DNA of 64,000 bases. Origin: an uncultured Acidimicrobiia bacterium. GTDB lineage: Bacteria; Actinomycetota; Acidimicrobiia; Spongiisociales; ZC4RG35. The translations under genes and the position numbers were made by a program. The stretch covers positions 2,642 through 66,641 of the forward strand of contig CAXMOW010000005.1 of assembly GCA_964195235.1 (NCBI GenBank). The letters run 5' to 3'. The notes beneath the pieces were generated by a model. That model was not told where the DNA came from. It did no database searches and saw nothing but the letters and a program-made list of their open reading frames with translations. Shown here one piece after another: positions 24,742 through 34,333 of this stretch (its first letter is position 1; the number at the start of each line of letters is the position of its first letter).

Positions 24742-27048
24742 CTAGACGCCGGCCGACTCCGCGTGAAGAATGTCCTCGAGCTCGTCCACCGTCATCAAAA
24801 CGTCACGAGCCTTGCTACCCACCGAAGGCCCGACGACGCCCTTGAGCTCCAGGGCGTCCATCACACGGCCGGCACGGGCGAAGCCGATTCGGAGCTTCCG
24901 TTGCAACATCGACGTCGAACCCAGCTGCGAACGCACCACCAGATCCATAGCCTGCCTGATCAAAACCGCATCGTCATCATCTGCCTCCACAGCTTGGGCA
25001 GCTGAGGCGGCCGCGGCAGCCTCGAGAACCTTCTTATCCTCATAAACGGCTTCACGTTGCCCTTTCACCCAATCGACAACGGCTTCGATCTCGGACTCTC
25101 GTACCCACGCTCCCTGGATTCGTTGCGGTCGCGGTTCCTTGGCGGTGACGACGAGCATGTCCCCCATGCCTATCAGCTTCTCAGCGCCTGAGCCGTCGAG
25201 GATCACACGGCTGTCCGTTTGCGACGCAACACTGAAAGCGAGACGGCTGGGCACGTTGGCTTTGATCACACCGGTGATGACATCAACCGAAGGGCGCTGG
25301 GTCGCAATGACCAGGTGGATGCCGACCGCTCGCGCCATTTGTGCGATACGAACGATGGAATCCTCAACTTCACGACCAGCAACCATCATCAAGTCGTTGA
25401 GCTCGTCGATGAGAACAACGATGAAGGGGAAGCGATCGAATCCCTCAGGATCGAGGTTCCCGGAGTCGAGTTTGTCACGGTAACCCTCGATGTCACGAAC
25501 CTTGGCGTCGGCCAGCAAGTCATAACGTCGGTCCATCTCGGCCACGGCCCACTTCAGCGCATCATTCGCCTTTTTCGGGTTGGTGATCACGCGCGTGAGC
25601 AAATGTGGAACGCCGTTGTACTGCCCCAGCTCCACACGCTTCGGGTCGACCATGATCAGACGGACATCATCAGGATGGGTTCGCATCAGCAGCGAAGTCA
25701 CGATCGAGTTGATGCAAGATGATTTTCCGGCGCCGGTGGCTCCCGCAATCAGAACGTGGGGAAGCTCGGCCAGATTGAGCAGCTTGGGGGAGCCCGAGAT
25801 GTCCATTCCCAAGCCGACAGTCAGAGGACTCGTTGGTTTCGCAAATTCAGGGCTGGCCAGAATGTCGCCCAAGGAGACAAGACGACGTTTGGTGTTGGGT
25901 ACCTCGACTCCGATTGCAGATTTCCCGGGAATCGGCACAAGGAGACGGACATCGGGCGTGGCAAGGGCGTATGCAATGTCATGTGAGAGGTTGGAAACCC
26001 GGTTCACCTTGACCCCGGGAGCGAGCTCGATCTCGTAACGGGTCACGGTGGGCCCGGGGACGATCTTGGTCAGGGTCGCGTCGACCCCGTGTTGGAGAAG
26101 AGTGTCTTCCAGTTGGCGTGCTGTTTCTTCTAACGAGCGACGATTGATCTCGCCACCGGTTCCACCCTCGAGGAGCTCCAGCGGCGGAAGCTCATAGTCG
26201 GTCTGGGTTAGATCGATTGTGGCGACGATCGGAGAGTCCTCGACGACCTCTACCGGTTCCGGCTCATCTTCGACCTTCGGCTTCTTCTCCTTCGCCGGTT
26301 TCTGACGTTGGTGTTTGCCTTTCTTTGGCCCTGCGGCAGGCGTGACCATCGGCGTCACCGGACCAGGCTTCAGACTCGCAAACGCTTCGGTGGCGAATCT
26401 CTTGACACTGCGACCCATGTCGGCAATCCCATGAAAAAGCTGGCGCACGGTCGTTTGGGTCATGATGAGAACGCCCATTCCAATGGTCGCGGCAAGCACA
26501 ACAAAAGAACCCCACGAGCCGAGGATGCGACGCATCGGGAAGGCGATCAAAGCACCGACTGCGCCGCCGCGCTCCGTGACCAGATCGATACTTGGTCGCA
26601 GTGACACAGCCCCGGTCAGGAGATGAAAGAGAGCGAGTGTGCCTATGAATGTGGTGATGCCGCCGATAACGAGACGTCGCGCTCCGTCGCGTGGTTTGCC
26701 CACGATCAGGGCGATTCCGATTCCCAGCAGAGCCACAGGCAGCGCAAATCTCCAGACGCCGAAGAGGAACGTGCTCCCGGTCTGGAGTCCGTCGCCAACG
26801 GGGCCGGCGCGATCGACGAATGCCAACGTGACCAGGATCGAAAGGACGACGAGCACCAGACCCCAGACGTCATCCGTCTGTCGGCCAAATGTCGTACGGA
26901 TCGAGTCCCGAAACGCCGCCAGCTTTTGGCGAATCGTGCTCGACTTTGACTTCTTGTTCTTTTTGGCTGAGGACACCCGTCTCCGCCCGGATCCCTTCCG
27001 GGTGGGTGTCCGCGTTGTCATGTGAATGGAGACAATACCCGCCCACAC
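24742..27048 (-). CDS. ftsK: DNA translocase FtsK
   Basis: 768 aa. N-terminal TM helices, a Pro/Lys/Glu-rich linker, a motor domain (Walker A GATGAGKSSCINS) and a C-terminal gamma winged-helix (SMLQRKLRIGFARAGRVMD). An alternative ATG start lies at 27021. Confidence 0.93.
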   Translation of the reverse strand: MWAGIVSIHMTTRTPTRKGSGRRRVSSAKKNKKSKSSTIRQKLAAFRDSIRTTFGRQTDDVWGLVLVVLSILVTLAFVDRAGPVGDGLQTGSTFLFGVWRFALPVALLGIGIALIVGKPRDGARRLVIGGITTFIGTLALFHLLTGAVSLRPSIDLVTERGGAVGALIAFPMRRILGSWGSFVVLAATIGMGVLIMTQTTVRQLFHGIADMGRSVKRFATEAFASLKPGPVTPMVTPAAGPKKGKHQRQKPAKEKKPKVEDEPEPVEVVEDSPIVATIDLTQTDYELPPLELLEGGTGGEINRRSLEETARQLEDTLLQHGVDATLTKIVPGPTVTRYEIELAPGVKVNRVSNLSHDIAYALATPDVRLLVPIPGKSAIGVEVPNTKRRLVSLGDILASPEFAKPTSPLTVGLGMDISGSPKLLNLAELPHVLIAGATGAGKSSCINSIVTSLLMRTHPDDVRLIMVDPKRVELGQYNGVPHLLTRVITNPKKANDALKWAVAEMDRRYDLLADAKVRDIEGYRDKLDSGNLDPEGFDRFPFIVVLIDELNDLMMVAGREVEDSIVRIAQMARAVGIHLVIATQRPSVDVITGVIKANVPSRLAFSVASQTDSRVILDGSGAEKLIGMGDMLVVTAKEPRPQRIQGAWVRESEIEAVVDWVKGQREAVYEDKKVLEAAAAASAAQAVEADDDDAVLIRQAMDLVVRSQLGSTSMLQRKLRIGFARAGRVMDALELKGVVGPSVGSKARDVLMTVDELEDILHAESAGV

Positions 27049-27068
27049 CGTTCAGTACGGTGAATCCG

Positions 27069-27752
27069 ATGCCGGCACCAATGATCCCCTATCAACCAGA
27101 GCGTCTTGACCCGGCTGAGCAGATGCGGCGGGCTCATGACTACTACAGAGAGATGGACGACAGACGCAGTGTCCGATTCTTCTCCGATGACGCCGTACCT
27201 CGCGAACTGGTGGAGCACGCGATTCTCACCGCATCGACCGCGCCTTCAGGTGCCCATCGTCAGCCGTGGACATTTGTGGTGACTGGGGATCCGGACGTGA
27301 AACGTCAGATCCGGGAAGCGGCTGAAGAAGAAGAGCGGATCAATTACGAAGGTGGACGTCTACCCGATCATTGGAAAGAGGCGTTGGAGCCTCTCGGGAC
27401 CGATTCAGATAAAGCGTATCTGGAGACGGTTCCTTGGGTCGTGGTCTTGTTCGAGGAGCGGTATGGCGTCGCCGAAGACGGATCGCGGATCCACAACTTC
27501 TATGTGAAAGAGTCGTGTGGGATTGCGGCAGGCATCTTCATCACAGCACTCCACCATGCTGGTCTCGCCACGCTCACCCATACACCAAGCCCCATGGCCT
27601 TTCTGACCAAACTCTTGGAGCGACCCAAAAACGAACGCCCGTTTTGCATGTTTCCCATCGGCTACCCGTCGGACGACTGTGTTGTGCCGGATTTACGTCG
27701 CAAGAGCCTCGACGAGGTGATGGTCGAGGTGGGCACAGCGGGGAAGGGTTAG
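27069..27752 (+). CDS. Iodotyrosine deiodinase (IYD)-like flavin-dependent halotyrosine dehalogenase, nitroreductase superfamily
   Basis: 227 aa from the ATG at 27069. RRSVRFFSDDAVPRELVEHAILTASTAPSGAHRQPWTFVVTGDPDVKRQIREAAEEEERINY... and ..FPIGYPSDDCVVPDLRRKSLDEVM line up closely with my recollection of animal IYD (RRSVRF..., GTAPSGAH.EPWTFVVV.DPDVK..I....EEEE.INY, VGYPS....VPDLKRK.L). The 5' part of the track ORF (26889-27068) overlaps ftsK and is rejected. Confidence 0.8.
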   Translation: MPAPMIPYQPERLDPAEQMRRAHDYYREMDDRRSVRFFSDDAVPRELVEHAILTASTAPSGAHRQPWTFVVTGDPDVKRQIREAAEEEERINYEGGRLPDHWKEALEPLGTDSDKAYLETVPWVVVLFEERYGVAEDGSRIHNFYVKESCGIAAGIFITALHHAGLATLTHTPSPMAFLTKLLERPKNERPFCMFPIGYPSDDCVVPDLRRKSLDEVMVEVGTAGKG

Positions 27753-27816
27753 CCCCCCTTCGGCCACGCTCGCTCCGTTACTGGCGGCCGGTCCCCCGCT
27801 GCGCAAGGGGACAATT

Positions 27817-29451
27817 TCACAGCTCCATCACGACCGGGACGATGACCGGTTTGCGGGCGGTCTCAGCACGGATCACGCGGCCGGCCGCCTGACGAATCGT
27901 CTTCTGGAGCTCAGCGTGGTCTGTGCGACCCGATTTGTGCCCGTCGATCACCGATCTGACCGCGTCAGCCGCTTTCGACAAAACAGGGGCCGGGTCGTCC
28001 ATGACCCCATGACTGTCCATTTCCGGCCCGTAGAGGATCTCCCCCGTTTCGTGGTCAATGCCAACTGTGATCACCACGACACCATCGTCAGCCAGGTGCG
28101 ACCTATCGCGGAGGACGGCGTTCTGCACATCCCCGACTGCCGACCCATCGAGGTAGACGTATCCGGCCGGGACCGCCCGTCGCTGGACCGTGGTCTTCTT
28201 CCCATTGATCGTGATCCGATCACCATCTTCCAACACCTCAACCGTTTTCACACCCATCTTGCGCGCAAGTTCCGCGTGCGCCGAGAGATGTCGGTATTCA
28301 CCGTGGACGGGGACAAACGCCTTCGGTCGAACAATATTGAGGAAGGTGAGGAGCTCTTCTCTGGCCGCATGACCCGAAACATGAACGTGGCTGCTCCTGC
28401 CGTGAACCACTTTGGCCCCGCGGCGCATCAAATTGGAAATCACTTTCGATACTGCCGTTTCATTGCCAGGAATGGGCTTGGCCGAAATCAGCACCGTATC
28501 GGTTTCGTCCAGCTCGACGAACTTGTGACGACCCTGCGACATCAATGAGAGGGCCGCAAAGGCTTCACCTTGACTACCGGTTGTTATCAAGAGTTGCTGG
28601 TTGTCAGGAAGGTCTGTGAGCTCTTTGATGTCGACGATCGACCGCTCCGGAATGTCCAAAATCCCCAAGTCGCCGGCAACCGTTGTGTACCGGTGCATCG
28701 AACGACCGAAGAATGCGATCTTGCGCCCTGCGGCAATCCCTGCATCTGCGATCTGCTGAACACGATGGACATGAGAGGCAAAACACGCAGTGATTACACG
28801 ACCCTCCGCGTCTCGGATCACATCCGCAATCGGTTGGCCAACGGAACTCTCAGAGGGTTCGAAACCTTCCTTCTCGGCGTTGGTGGAATCGGAAAGGAGC
28901 AAGCGCACACCCCTGCGGGCCAACGCTGCAAACGCGGGCAGATCGGTCGGCATCCCGTCGATCGGCGTCGGATCGAGTTTGAAGTCCCCTGAATGAACGA
29001 CAATTCCCTCAGGTGTGTCAAAAGCAATCGCGGAAGCGTTAGGTACCGAGTGGCTCACCGGGATCATCATGAACTTGAAGGGACCATGCTCGATCCACTT
29101 CTTCTGAGTGATTGTGTGGAACTCCGCTTCGACACCCAACTCGTCGACACGGCCTTGAGCCAACGCAAGTGTCAGCACTGTGCCATAGACCGGTACCTGA
29201 ATGTCTCTCAGGAAATAAGCGAGCGCCCCCATGTGGTCCTCATGGCCGTGGGTGATGACCGCCATCACCACGTCATTTTTCCTCTTGACCAACCACGACC
29301 AATCGGGAAAAACCAGGTCTACGCCAAGCATGTCCTCTTCGGGGAACATCAGACCGACATCGATAAGTGCGATCTTGCCGTCGACCTCGAGGGCGGCGCA
29401 GTTGCGCCCGATTTCACCGAGGCCGCCTAGAAATGTGACTGAAACGCTCAC
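27817..29451 (-). CDS. rnj: Ribonuclease J
   Basis: 544 aa. Metallo-beta-lactamase motif HGHEDHMGAL, a beta-CASP domain and a C-terminal domain. Confidence 0.93.
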   Translation of the reverse strand: MSVSVTFLGGLGEIGRNCAALEVDGKIALIDVGLMFPEEDMLGVDLVFPDWSWLVKRKNDVVMAVITHGHEDHMGALAYFLRDIQVPVYGTVLTLALAQGRVDELGVEAEFHTITQKKWIEHGPFKFMMIPVSHSVPNASAIAFDTPEGIVVHSGDFKLDPTPIDGMPTDLPAFAALARRGVRLLLSDSTNAEKEGFEPSESSVGQPIADVIRDAEGRVITACFASHVHRVQQIADAGIAAGRKIAFFGRSMHRYTTVAGDLGILDIPERSIVDIKELTDLPDNQQLLITTGSQGEAFAALSLMSQGRHKFVELDETDTVLISAKPIPGNETAVSKVISNLMRRGAKVVHGRSSHVHVSGHAAREELLTFLNIVRPKAFVPVHGEYRHLSAHAELARKMGVKTVEVLEDGDRITINGKKTTVQRRAVPAGYVYLDGSAVGDVQNAVLRDRSHLADDGVVVITVGIDHETGEILYGPEMDSHGVMDDPAPVLSKAADAVRSVIDGHKSGRTDHAELQKTIRQAAGRVIRAETARKPVIVPVVMEL

Positions 29452-30341
29452 AGGCCCTGTATTGCCCCCAAAGCCTTCTCTATGGCTCTAACTGTGTCGT
29501 CGGAGGCGGACACTAACGGAAGGCGAACATCGCCGACAGGCTCCCAAAAAGCATTCATCGCAGCTTTGACCGGAGCCGGGTTGGACTCGAGGAAACAGGC
29601 CTCACACAGTGGAAGCAGGTCGTTGTGCAGGCTTCTCGCCTCGTTCCAGTCGCCCTCATATGCGGCGTTGATCATTGCCTTGATTGTTGGCCCGGCCAAA
29701 TGCCCTACGACAGAGACGACGCCAACAGCCCCAATAGCGAGCATGGGGAGCGTGAATGTGTCCTGTCCGGAGTAGATCGGAAGACTGGGCGCGCTTTTGA
29801 TCGTCGCCGCGGTCAATTCCAGGTCGAGCGCGGCGTCTTTCACTGCCGCAATATTGGGATGTGATGCCAGCGCGGCCAGAGTCTCGACTTCGGTCTTCAC
29901 GGCTGTCCGACCCGGGATGTTGTACACGATCACTGGAAGGCCGACGTCGGCAATGGCGGTGAAGTGCGCAACCTGACCGGCCTGCGACGGTTTGTTGTAA
30001 TAAGGCGTCACCGCGAGCGCCCCGTCAGCGCCAATATCTGCGGCACGTCCCGTCATCTCAACTGAGTGGCGTGTGTCGTTGGTGCCAGTTCCAGCCACCA
30101 CCAGAGTGTCCTTTTCTTGGACCGCTTCGATGACCGTTACAAACAACGCAATCTTCTCGTCGTCCGACAGTGTTGGGGATTCACCGGTGGTGCCGGCCAC
30201 AACCAGGGCATCGGTTCCTTGGTCGGAAAGATGGCGGGCTAGCCGCCACGCCGCTTCGTGGTCGACGGCACCGGATGATGTGAACGGGGTGATCATCGCC
30301 GTGGCCAGTCGGCCGAAGGGGGCGGATGGAGTGGAGTTCAC
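29448..30341 (-). CDS. dapA: 4-hydroxy-tetrahydrodipicolinate synthase
   Basis: 297 aa. GTTGESPTL, a YNIPGRT-type motif (VYNIPGRTAV) and a Schiff-base Lys context (AAVKDA). Confidence 0.93.
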   Translation of the reverse strand: MNSTPSAPFGRLATAMITPFTSSGAVDHEAAWRLARHLSDQGTDALVVAGTTGESPTLSDDEKIALFVTVIEAVQEKDTLVVAGTGTNDTRHSVEMTGRAADIGADGALAVTPYYNKPSQAGQVAHFTAIADVGLPVIVYNIPGRTAVKTEVETLAALASHPNIAAVKDAALDLELTAATIKSAPSLPIYSGQDTFTLPMLAIGAVGVVSVVGHLAGPTIKAMINAAYEGDWNEARSLHNDLLPLCEACFLESNPAPVKAAMNAFWEPVGDVRLPLVSASDDTVRAIEKALGAIQGL

Positions 30342-30385
30342 GTGTGCAACCCTACCGATCGAATCGCTAGAAACCGGAGACAGAG

Positions 30386-31864
30386 ATGGAGTTGAAACTT
30401 CCTGCGCCTTGCGTTGTCGTGCTCATCGGCCCAAGCCGGACCGGCAAGACGACTTGGGCCCACAACCACTTTGCCTCAAACGAAGTGGTGTCTTCGGACG
30501 CGCTCCGTGCAATGGTGGGAATCGACGAAGACGACCAGATCGCAAGCACCTCCGCCTTCGAGCTCCTCGATCAAATTTTTTCCGAGCGTCTCACACGAGG
30601 ACTGACGACGGTGATCGACACCACCGGGCTCCAAACCGAAAACCGGGCGAAATGGATCGAAACAGCGCACGGGGCAGAACTTCCTATTTACGCGATCGTC
30701 TTCACCGCAACACTCGATGAGGTCGAGCGACCCAACCAATCGCGAGCGAGACCGATCCCCAAGACTGTCCTCCGCAAGCAGTTCACGACCATGCAAAAGG
30801 TGATGAAAGGAATCGCCGATGAGGGATTTGACGGAGTGCACGAAGAGCAAACGGTACGTGCGGTTGTCTCAACTCTCATAGCTTCCACTCCCGACGATGC
30901 ACAGCCGACGGGCCACACCTTCGGGCTGCTGTTGAGCAGATTCGAGTGGGCGACACGTGATTTCGGCGATCAACTAGCCAAGATCGCCCGGCGTGCAGAG
31001 GACGCCGGGTTCACCGACCTATGGGTCATGGATCACTTCCGCCAGATCCAACAGGTGGGCAGACCGTGGGAAGACATTCCAGAGGCCTACACCGCCCTCG
31101 CCTACCTGGCAGGTGTGACCACCAATATTCGACTTGGGGCTCTGGTTAGCGGGATCACACATCGCAATCCGGTGCTGCTTGGAAAAATGCTGGCTTCACT
31201 CGACGTGCTCTCAGGGGGGCGGGTCATCGCTGGACTGGGAGCGGCTTGGGACGAAAAAGAACACGAGGCGTACGGGATCGACTTCCCGAGCCTCAGTGGT
31301 CGTTATGACCTCCTCGAGGACACGCTGAACATGCTCCCGCTGCTTTGGGGCAAAGGCACGCCTGGCTTTGAGGGCAAGACCTTTTCCGCGGCCGAGTTGA
31401 TCTCATATCCGCGCCCCATCCAGGACCCGATTCCGATCATGGTGGGTGGCTCGGGAGAGCTGAAGACGTTGCGTTTGGTCGCTGAGTACGCCGATGCTTG
31501 CAACCTGTTCGGTGACCCGAACACGATTCGCCACAAGGTCGAAGTGCTTCGTCGACATTGCGCCGACCTCGACAGAGATCCATCCGAGATACGGGTTACC
31601 CATTTGATCACGGCGATGGCGGCATCCGATCCCGGTGCCCTGCGGGAACGGATCGGAAGCCTCCGGGGCCGCAACCAGACGGTCGAGCAGTATGCCAAGC
31701 AGAACAACGCAGGGACTGTGGACGACCTGATCGGTCTGTTCTCGACCTACTCGGAAGCCGGTGCCGACCACTCGATTGTGGCGCTTCCCGACGTGGCGAT
31801 GGAAAGGTCCATCGAGACATTCGCAGAGGTGATCACATTCTTCAAACAGCCGTTGAGGTCCTAG
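30386..31864 (+). CDS. Fusion protein: N-terminal polynucleotide-kinase-like P-loop kinase domain plus C-terminal LLM-class (F420-type luciferase-like) oxidoreductase
   Basis: 492 aa. Residues 1-165 carry Walker A GPSRTGKTTW, SSD..R, TVIDTTGL and NQSRARPIP, as in Pnkp/AAA_33 kinase domains. Residues ~175-492 form an LLM TIM barrel (LWVMDHF.., GALVSGITHRNPVLLGKMLASLDVLSGGRVIAGLGAAW). Confidence 0.8.
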   Translation: MELKLPAPCVVVLIGPSRTGKTTWAHNHFASNEVVSSDALRAMVGIDEDDQIASTSAFELLDQIFSERLTRGLTTVIDTTGLQTENRAKWIETAHGAELPIYAIVFTATLDEVERPNQSRARPIPKTVLRKQFTTMQKVMKGIADEGFDGVHEEQTVRAVVSTLIASTPDDAQPTGHTFGLLLSRFEWATRDFGDQLAKIARRAEDAGFTDLWVMDHFRQIQQVGRPWEDIPEAYTALAYLAGVTTNIRLGALVSGITHRNPVLLGKMLASLDVLSGGRVIAGLGAAWDEKEHEAYGIDFPSLSGRYDLLEDTLNMLPLLWGKGTPGFEGKTFSAAELISYPRPIQDPIPIMVGGSGELKTLRLVAEYADACNLFGDPNTIRHKVEVLRRHCADLDRDPSEIRVTHLITAMAASDPGALRERIGSLRGRNQTVEQYAKQNNAGTVDDLIGLFSTYSEAGADHSIVALPDVAMERSIETFAEVITFFKQPLRS

Positions 31865-33588
31865 GTCTCATTACGCGCAGCCGCGGAGACTGCGACCTCT
31901 ACCGCTCCGGCGACGGTTGCGTGAATGTTGGCGTCCCCGATCACGGCGAGGGCCCCGGATCGCTGCGCAACCGCCACAGCATCGCCGTGGAGTCGTGCCA
32001 GATAGACATCAACACCGTTATCCCGCAACTCGACGGTCAACTCCTGGAGCGCAATCGCGCCGGTCATGTCTATGACCGTCATCTGCTCGCAATCCAACAC
32101 GACAGCAAACGCCTCAGGGTCAGTCTCGTAGAGCATCTCTCTGACTGAATCGCCGAAGCCATTTGCATTGGAAAAAATCAGATCAGCCTCAAATCGGTGA
32201 ACCACGACACCTTCTAGTCGCCGAGCGTCTTCCGAGTCGGCAAGTGACACGAAGGTCTTCCGATCACCTATCTGGACCCGGCCGAGCTCTGTCGCCGCAG
32301 GAAAGCTTGCTCGATATATGAGTATCAACAAAGAAATGCCAACTCCGATGACTATGCCTTCCAAGACGCCGAAAACGAGTACCCCGACGAATGAGGCCAA
32401 ACCTGCGTAGAAGTCTTCTCGACGAACCGCCATCATCCGGCGGAGCTTCTTGAGGTTGATCAGCTTCCATACAGCGTGGACAACGATGGCGCCCAAAGTC
32501 GCTTCCGGCAGATAGAAGAACAGTCCCGTCAGGAAAAGAATCGTGACAACCGTTATCACGGCTGTGATCAGCCCGGACATCTGAGTCTTCTGACCGGCGG
32601 AGTCTCCAGCTGCGGTCCGCGACAGTGAGCCATCAACGACGAACCCTTGGGAAATGCCAGCGCCGAGGTTGGCGATTCCAAGACCAATCATCTCTTGATT
32701 CGGATCGACCTGGTAGCCGTATTTCTTTGCGTATTGACGCGCTGCCGCCAGCGACTCGGCGTAGCCAACAACCACGATGGCCAGAGCCCCGGCAATGAGC
32801 TCGGCAATGAGGACGCCTTCTGGCCAGCCAGGCAAGCCGATAGGTGGAAGGCCGGCGGGAATGTCACCGATGATTTCAATGCCAGCTTCTTCGAAACCGA
32901 AAACAGCCGATGTGACGATGGCAAGTATCACGACCGTGAGAGCAGCTGGGATCTTCGGTGTGAATTTGTGCATTGCGAAGAGCAGTGCCAGAGATGTGAA
33001 TCCGACGATCATCGTGCCCAGATGCCAATCCCCGATGTCGCGGATGATGTCGAGGAATTCCCGCACGACGTTTTCGCCTTCGGCCTCTACTCCAAACATC
33101 TTGTCAAGCTGTCCAACAGCGATGGTGATAGCCAGCCCAACGATGAACCCATCGAGCACTGACTGAGACATGAAGTTGGCGATCCAACCCATTCGGACCA
33201 GCCCAAGGATTATAAGGATGGCTCCGGTGATTAATGCCAGCCACGACGTGGCTTCCCAAAACGTGGCTGAACCCGTGCTCACAAGCGCCCCAACTGTTGC
33301 CGCTGACACGATCGCCACAGTCGAGCTCGGACCCACGGACAGATGGCGCGAAGTACCAAAGACGGCGTACCCCAGAAGAGCCAACGGCGCGGTATAGAGA
33401 CCAGCTTCGGGCGGAACGCCGGCGATCCCGGCATAAGCCATTGCCTCGGGAACCAGTAAGGCCCACACCGTGAGACCAGCTACCAAGTCCCAGCGAAAAC
33501 TCTTGCCCCAATCGTAGTTGGGTAGCCAACCGACGATCGGAACATATCGCTCGAGGAGCGATTTCTCGTCGGGTCGGGTCAGTGGCAA
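31861..33588 (-). CDS. SulP family anion (sulfate/bicarbonate) permease with a C-terminal STAS domain
   Basis: 575 aa. The N-terminal motif region (WLPNYDW.. DLVAGLTV..LVPEAMAYA), multiple TM helices and a STAS domain are all present. Confidence 0.9.
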   Translation of the reverse strand: MPLTRPDEKSLLERYVPIVGWLPNYDWGKSFRWDLVAGLTVWALLVPEAMAYAGIAGVPPEAGLYTAPLALLGYAVFGTSRHLSVGPSSTVAIVSAATVGALVSTGSATFWEATSWLALITGAILIILGLVRMGWIANFMSQSVLDGFIVGLAITIAVGQLDKMFGVEAEGENVVREFLDIIRDIGDWHLGTMIVGFTSLALLFAMHKFTPKIPAALTVVILAIVTSAVFGFEEAGIEIIGDIPAGLPPIGLPGWPEGVLIAELIAGALAIVVVGYAESLAAARQYAKKYGYQVDPNQEMIGLGIANLGAGISQGFVVDGSLSRTAAGDSAGQKTQMSGLITAVITVVTILFLTGLFFYLPEATLGAIVVHAVWKLINLKKLRRMMAVRREDFYAGLASFVGVLVFGVLEGIVIGVGISLLILIYRASFPAATELGRVQIGDRKTFVSLADSEDARRLEGVVVHRFEADLIFSNANGFGDSVREMLYETDPEAFAVVLDCEQMTVIDMTGAIALQELTVELRDNGVDVYLARLHGDAVAVAQRSGALAVIGDANIHATVAGAVEVAVSAAARNET

Positions 33589-33787
33589 GAGAATGACCTG
33601 GCTAGAAGCAAATCCATCATCTGACAGTTGACCTCGCCCCTAATCCCACGGTTGGGCTGGTTGCTAGGGGGGCTTTGATCATTTCACTCCCAGCTTCTTT
33701 TCTGAGTGCTCAGACGAGCAAAAGCATCGTTCGGCGCTGCACGCTATCACTCTGGCCTGTCGCTCGGGCTCCCCTATCCTGGGCGCT

Positions 33788-34300
33788 ATGACAGACAAGA
33801 GTTACAGCAATCCGCCTGAAATGACCATCGACCTGGCGAAGACATACAGCGCCATCCTCCAAACAAACCACGGAGACATCAGCGTTGCCCTGGACGCCGA
33901 ACGCTCTCCGCAGACAGTCAACAACTTTGTGTTTCTTGCTAGGGACGGCTTTTACGACGGCTGCATCTTTCACAGGGTCATCAGTGGCTTCATGGTGCAG
34001 GGTGGCGACCCCACAGGAACCGGCAGAGGTGGTCCTGGCTACAAGTTCAGGGATGAGACTGAAGGTGACGGCCACTACGCCAGAGGTACCTTGGCGATGG
34101 CCAACTCCGGCCCAAACACAAACGGTTCACAATTCTTCATCACCCATGCCGACGCTGGTCTGCCTCACAGCTACACGATCTTCGGCAACGTCACAGAAGG
34201 CCTGGACGCGGTTGACTCCATTGCGGCTTCAGACACCGACCACAGCGATAAGCCACATGATGATGTGGTGATCTCCAAGGTGACCATCAGCGAAAACTGA
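33788..34300 (+). CDS. Peptidyl-prolyl cis-trans isomerase, cyclophilin type
   Basis: 170 aa. FHRVISGFMVQGGDPTGTGRGGPGY, with MANSGPNTNGSQFFI. Confidence 0.93.
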   Translation: MTDKSYSNPPEMTIDLAKTYSAILQTNHGDISVALDAERSPQTVNNFVFLARDGFYDGCIFHRVISGFMVQGGDPTGTGRGGPGYKFRDETEGDGHYARGTLAMANSGPNTNGSQFFITHADAGLPHSYTIFGNVTEGLDAVDSIAASDTDHSDKPHDDVVISKVTISEN

Positions 34301-34333
34301 CACTGGAGGGAGCCCCTCAAGTAGAGGCGACGA

